Of a stretch of 64,000 nucleotides of DNA, positions 59,404 to 64,000 are shown in pieces. The notes below the pieces were generated by a model. That model was not told where the DNA came from. It did no database searches and saw only the letters and a program-made list of their open reading frames with translations. Where the stretch lies: contig CAXXKJ010000002.1 of NCBI GenBank assembly GCA_963675295.2, positions 3,904,001 to 3,968,000 of the forward strand. Reading direction: 5' to 3'. Within the stretch, counting starts at the first letter, position 1. Each line of letters opens with the position of its first letter. The DNA comes from a bacterium (GTDB taxonomy: Bacteria > Electryoneota > Electryoneia > Electryoneales > Electryoneaceae). The position numbers and the translations under genes were made by a program.

Positions 59404-59622
59404 GTGTCCTCCACGTCAACAGTGTATCTATGATACGCGCTGCGGGCGGATGGAGAAAACAGCGGGCACAGGTCTCGGGGGTACGCTGAGCGGGAACGGG
59501 AACGTTGGGAACAGAACAGCACGCCTCAACCGCAACGGCAAAACCCGCCGCACCTTTCGGCACGGCGGGTCTGGCAACCGAACGTGAACGTGGTCGACAT
59601 TCACGTAAGGGAGGGTTACCGT

Positions 59623-60135
59623 TTAACTCTGCATGGCGCGCATCATCCACGCCTGCTTCTCGAAGACCGTCAGGCGGTCATCGAACATCGCGACGGTGGC
59701 GGCGTCACCGGCTTCGTCCGCCGTCGCCCGCCACTGGCGCATGCTGCGGATCATCCACTGGTAGTCGTTGAGCAGATCGCTCAGCATCTGCTCGGCCGAA
59801 GCGTGTTCATTGCCCGGCTTCATGTTCGACAACTCCTGCATCGCACGCAGGTTGCCCGGCGCCTTGAAACCAAGCTGCAGTACGCGTTCCGCGATTTCGT
59901 CCATCGACTCGTTCAAGTCGGTGTACAGTTCCTCGAAGAAGTTGTGCAGCGTGTGGAACTGCATACCCTTCACATGCCAGTGGTAGTTCAGCGCCTTCAG
60001 GTGCAGCGTGTAGGTGTTCGCGAGGAAGCGCTGCAAGCCGTCCACGATCTCCGCGCGCTGATGTTCTTCGATGCCGATATGCGGTTCAACCTTCGTGGTC
60101 TGAAGGGTATCAGTCTGTCCGTTGTTGTTCTGCAT
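59623..60135 (-). CDS. dps: DNA protection during starvation protein (Dps)
   Basis: Ferroxidase motif HWHVKG..F..LHNFFEELY...DEIAER; EKQAWM; GGAGGAG RBS. Confidence 0.95.
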   Translation of the reverse strand: MQNNNGQTDTLQTTKVEPHIGIEEHQRAEIVDGLQRFLANTYTLHLKALNYHWHVKGMQFHTLHNFFEELYTDLNESMDEIAERVLQLGFKAPGNLRAMQELSNMKPGNEHASAEQMLSDLLNDYQWMIRSMRQWRATADEAGDAATVAMFDDRLTVFEKQAWMMRAMQS

Positions 60136-60210
60136 GGGTACTCCTCCTTCTTTTATGGTTGCATGACGTGCGGGGGAGGTTGCTCGACCCCGCCGTCGTT
60201 GGTTGATCCT

Positions 60211-60239
60211 ATGATAATAGGATTTATTCTTATTTACAA
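60211..60239 (-). promoter_or_regulatory. Sigma70-like dps promoter whose spacer is a Fur/PerR-like imperfect palindrome
   Basis: Minus strand reads TTGTAA-N17-TATCAT with spacer ATAAGAATAAATCCTAT. Confidence 0.55.
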
Positions 60240-60417
60240 ATTAAAACCAGATAGGTTCCCGCTCGGGGAGACGGAGGAGAGCTGGGGTTGGTTGAGAGAC
60301 GTGGGTGGCGATACACTTCCCGCTCGCTGGAAAGGACGAGTTGGGCTTGCCCTCGGGCGGTGGAAGCTGCAAGTTTAAGCGGCATGGAAAGTTGCAACGA
60401 CAGGTTTGGAGTGAATC

Positions 60418-61537
60418 ATGGTTTCGGAAGTTGAAGCCCGCGAAAGCTGGGAAGAGATAAAGCGCAAGACCTCGCAGCTGCGGGGGTATCTTTGACCTTC
60501 CTTCCCACCGGGAAAAGCTGGCTGTATTGGACAAGAAGGCGACGGAAGAAGGATTCTGGGACGATCAGGAACGTGCGCAGAAAATCCTGAAGGAAGCGTC
60601 CACGCATCGGAAGTTGATCGAGGATTACGACTCGCTGGTGCAGGAGGTCGAGGACTTCGAGGTGTACCTCGAGTTGTTTGAGGACAGCCCGGAGGAGGCG
60701 TCCAGGGCGTTGCGCAAGCTGGAACGCCGTGTCGACGAGATGGAACTGGCGAAGATGCTGTCCGGTCAGGACGACGACAAGGACTGCATCATCACGATCA
60801 AGCCGGGCGCTGGCGGGACAGAGTCGCAGGACTGGGCGCAGATGCTGTTCCGGATGTACACGCGCTACCTCGAGCGGATGGAGTACAAGTTCAATGTGAT
60901 CGACTTGCAGCCCGGTACGGAAGCCGGGATCAAGGAAGCCTCGATTGAAGTCAGTGGCGATCATCCGTTCGGGTATCTGAAAGCGGAGACGGGCGTGCAC
61001 CGGCTGGTACGCATCAGTCCATTCGACTCGAACGCCCGGCGGCACACCAGCTTCGCGTCGGTGTTTGTGTTGCCGGACGCGCAGGATGTAGTCGAGATCG
61101 AGATCGACGAAAAGGACATTCGGATTGACACGTTCCGTTCGTCCGGCGCTGGCGGGCAGCATGTCAACAAGACCGACTCCGCGATCCGGATCACTCACTT
61201 CCCGACGAACATCGTGGTCAGCTGCCAGAACGAGCGCAGCCAGCACAAGAACCGTGATGCGGCGATGAAGATGCTCAAGGCGCGGCTGTATCAGCGTCAC
61301 CTCGAGGAAGAGGCGAAGAAGCGTGCCGAGATCGAGGAAACGAAAGGCGACATCGGCTGGGGCAACCAGATCCGGTCGTATGTCTTCCACCCGTACAAGA
61401 TGGTCAAGGACCTGCGGACCGGGGTCGAAACCAGCAACATCGACCAGGTGATGGACGGCGACATTCATGAGTTCATCACCGAGTTCCTGCTCGGCCGCAA
61501 ACGTGTCAAGCACGGCGGCCAGGCCGAGGAGGACTGA
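60418..61537 (+). CDS. prfB: Peptide chain release factor 2 with programmed +1 frameshift
   Basis: ATG 60418 starts 25 codons ending CTT TGA C (60490-60496), then the +1 frame continues with SPF and GGQ motifs. Confidence 0.97.
60482..60496 (+). promoter_or_regulatory. prfB frameshift cassette
   Basis: GGGGG-TAT-CTT-TGA-C: an internal SD-like sequence plus the slippery CTT TGA C. Confidence 0.95.
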
Positions 61538-61655
61538 CGGTAGCCGGTTGTCGGAATGTCGGTGATCGGCAAGTCGGTTGTCGGAAGGTCGGTGGTCGGT
61601 GATCGGTAAGTCGGTGATCCGTAAGTCGGTAATCGGTAATCGGTATTCGGTTGGT
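61538..61655 (+). repeat. About 16 tandem 7-8 nt units (CGGTGAT / CGGTAAGT) directly after the prfB stop
   Basis: Directly visible in the sequence. Confidence 0.85.
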
Positions 61656-61813
61656 CACCGCGTAGCGGTGAAAGGTGGTTAGCGTGTGGCTTCAGCCACA
61701 CGAAGGCGGCCCCAACACAAAGACCGTCCTGTAGGGACGGCGCCCATCGCCATGATACCCGACATGGCAACAACACCATGTCGGGACACGCAGCTTATAG
61801 CCTGGAGTAACCC

Positions 61814-62299
61814 ATGGACGCGAAAGACCTGCTCGCGATGTTCGGCGCGACGGAATACACGTTCACCGAGAACAGCAGCGATGTGACGCACGAGATGTCG
61901 TTGATCCCCTCCGCGGAGGGCGGCAGCTCGATCAATTTTCTCGTCGGGCACGCGTTGCGTTCGCGGCAACGGGTGCTTGAGCAGTTTGGCGCGGAAGTGG
62001 TGATCCCCAGCGACGATCTGCCGCAATATGTCAAGGGCGATGATTTCAGCCCGGAGAAGGCGTTACCGTTGGACGAGCTGACCGCGATGATGCACGAGAG
62101 TTTCAGCCGGATGAAGCGCGCGTTTGTCAAGGCGTCCCAGGAGAGTCTGGACGAGGAGCTACCCGACCCGTTCCTCGGGCAGAAGGTGACCCGTGGACGG
62201 ATGGCCGGCCTGTTCAGTTTCCACGAGGCGTACCACATGGGGCAGGTCGGCATGATGCGGCGGTTGGTTGGTCTGGTGGGGAAGATTCAGGCGAAGTAA
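61814..62299 (+). CDS. DinB family protein
   Basis: Motifs SINFLVGH and HEAYHMGQ; GGAG RBS. Confidence 0.85.
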   Translation: MDAKDLLAMFGATEYTFTENSSDVTHEMSLIPSAEGGSSINFLVGHALRSRQRVLEQFGAEVVIPSDDLPQYVKGDDFSPEKALPLDELTAMMHESFSRMKRAFVKASQESLDEELPDPFLGQKVTRGRMAGLFSFHEAYHMGQVGMMRRLVGLVGKIQAK

Positions 62300-62345
62300 T
62301 CAGAGAGACGGCGCAGCTGCTTGCCCAGGTTTTCCAACTAGTTGC

Positions 62346-63632
62346 TCATACAACCGGGGACACTTTGGGGACAAAGTGTCCCCGGTTGTGTTTCCCCAGT
62401 TGTATTTCCGCTATCAGGTCCGTTTGCATCTCAGGCACAATGCTCGAGTTCTCGGATTTACCTCCACTACCCCGATCAGAAAACAGAGAACCCGACGCGG
62501 ACCTGTGAGGTGCGCACTCGTTCCTTGTAGTATCCACCGAATCAGCCACCCGCCAGCGTTCGTAGTTGAACCACGAGAACGCGGTGTGTACCGCGAACGT
62601 ATTCCCGCCCGCGCTGACGCCGAGTGTCCATTCGCCGGACGAGATGGAGGACCCGTCGTTCTGATTCACCTGCAGCAGCGTCTTCCACGCCCACCCACCA
62701 CGAACCGCGATGAATGCGGGCCCGTTTTCCAGTCGTTTCTCCGCACCGAGCCGGTACTCAGTGATGTCCCCGGCGGCGCTGAGGTCGTATTGAACCGGGT
62801 CCAGCGAGCCGCCGCCCGGACTGGATGGTTGATCCTCGTCGGTCGCGGTGACGCCGTTGAAGAAGTAGTGTTCGATATCGCCGGCGAGGGTGAATCCGGC
62901 CCAGGTCGCGGCGATGCCGGCACCGGCGGTGCCGGGTTGGTCGTTGATCAGGCGGGGACGTCGTGTCGGCCCCCAGACTCGTCCGACGAGACCGGAGGTG
63001 ACGGTCACCGGGCCGAACAGGTCAGGTAGCCGCAAGGTCACGCCGCCGGTGTAGTACGTCCCGAAGTTGCCGAAATTGACCGACAGGCCAATGTTCAGCG
63101 GATCCAGCGGAGTCAGCGCGAACCCGAAGCCGAGGTAGATCGTGTTAAACTCCTGCTCGCCGTCGTAGAAGTCCTCCTCGAACGGATCGTGCACACTGAC
63201 GCCCCACGCGAACCGGAGCGTGTCCAGACTCTGCACTGCCGACAGCTGCCCACCGCTCCAGGCGTCGTCGTCCGGCTCGTACCCTTTCACCGTTCCGAGC
63301 ACATCGTTAGCTTGAAAGCCGGTCAACGGCGGATGGTCGAGGATGTCATACTGCTTGCCCAAACCGCCTAAGGCGAAGAAGAACTGGTTGTCGGTCACAG
63401 CTCGGAGGCAGGCAGGGTTGTTCCAGACCGCCGCGGCGTCGTTTGCTGCCGCGATCTGTGCGCCACCCATGCCGAGTGAACGGACGCCGACGGCGACGAT
63501 CTGCATCCGGTTGCGGGGTTCGTGCGGATCGACGTTTTCTGACCAGAAATTTGATGCCAGAGAGTACGATGGAGATAACAGAAGAAGTGTGAATCCAGCA
63601 AAGATCAGCGTGAATAGTCGTCGCATCGGCAT
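62346..63632 (-). CDS. FadL/PorV-like outer-membrane beta-barrel; probable 1-nt frameshift near 62540 (true end probably 62476)
   Basis: Signal peptide; GVRSLGMGGA..A..DAAAVWNNPA motif. An alternative frame ends in a beta-signal QVRVGFSVF*, whereas the called ORF runs through a hairpin. Confidence 0.7.
   Translation of the reverse strand: MPMRRLFTLIFAGFTLLLLSPSYSLASNFWSENVDPHEPRNRMQIVAVGVRSLGMGGAQIAAANDAAAVWNNPACLRAVTDNQFFFALGGLGKQYDILDHPPLTGFQANDVLGTVKGYEPDDDAWSGGQLSAVQSLDTLRFAWGVSVHDPFEEDFYDGEQEFNTIYLGFGFALTPLDPLNIGLSVNFGNFGTYYTGGVTLRLPDLFGPVTVTSGLVGRVWGPTRRPRLINDQPGTAGAGIAATWAGFTLAGDIEHYFFNGVTATDEDQPSSPGGGSLDPVQYDLSAAGDITEYRLGAEKRLENGPAFIAVRGGWAWKTLLQVNQNDGSSISSGEWTLGVSAGGNTFAVHTAFSWFNYERWRVADSVDTTRNECAPHRSASGSLFSDRGSGGKSENSSIVPEMQTDLIAEIQLGKHNRGHFVPKVSPVV
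62350..62389. terminator. GGGACA-family hairpin between convergent genes
   Basis: Sequence ACAACCGGGGACACTTTG-GGGA-CAAAGTGTCCCCGGTTGT. Confidence 0.6.
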
Positions 63633-63800
63633 CTGGTTGCTACCCCCCGGTTCAACCTCGTTGATAGTAACTTGCGCTTGCAGATAACGTGATGCAACCG
63701 ATTCGGGCTATAAACCACATATTTGTATAGGGTTGAGCACAATCGGAGGCAGCCGCTTCGTGGCAACTGCCTCCATTTCAAAGCTCTGGATGCATGCGGG

Positions 63801-64000
63801 CTACACCAGCAGGATCACGTCCACGGCTTGCGGCCCATGCACACCGAGCACAAGCTCCTTTTCGATGTCGGCGGTGCGGCTGGGTCCGGTGACGAACACG
63901 GCGGAGCCGTTCGTGTCCCCCACCTCCTGCCAGCGACGCATCAGCGCCTCGATGTCCGGCACGACCTGGTCCGCACGCATGACGGCGACATGGTTCACTG
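63801..64000 (-). CDS. LUD-domain (LutC/YkgG) protein, 3' part only
   Basis: Motif VTGPSRTADIEKELVLGVHGP; truncated by the window edge. Confidence 0.88.
   Translation of the reverse strand, partial: VNHVAVMRADQVVPDIEALMRRWQEVGDTNGSAVFVTGPSRTADIEKELVLGVHGPQAVDVILLV

Overview
This is a GC-rich bacterial chromosomal window. It probably comes from an FCB-group organism, inferred only from several secreted proteins with T9SS type-A-like PNPFN...VLVK C-termini. Bases 1-19.2 kb hold a Wzx/Wzy-dependent capsule locus: wzi, wza, wzc, wzx, wzy, a GT4, and divergent TagA/WecG and priming transferases. The locus carries five PAPS-dependent sulfotransferases and a beta-helix lipoprotein, making it a candidate highly sulfated capsule system and the main finding here. 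Next come a DUF4097 protein, an EEP lipoprotein, VanZ, ssb, an aldo/keto reductase, a GT39-like protein, an octaheme HAO-like cytochrome paired with a hexaheme NapC/NirT protein, and a Yip1-TolC-MacA-MacB-type export operon. The second half holds a family of five secreted DGG-repeat proteins, DJ-1/PfpI, two DinB proteins, htpG, a DnaJ-class gene with no canonical start, an M24 peptidase, Rrf2, P5C dehydrogenase, an IS200 element, two orphan LivJ-like binding proteins, Crp/Fnr, dps, frameshifted prfB, a probably frameshifted outer-membrane barrel and a partial LUD gene. Intergenic DNA is rich in REP-like palindromes and in strand-polarised 7-9 nt tandem arrays just 3' of stop codons. No rRNA, tRNA or CRISPR array was recognised. 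All calls come from motif reading by eye; no database searches were run.
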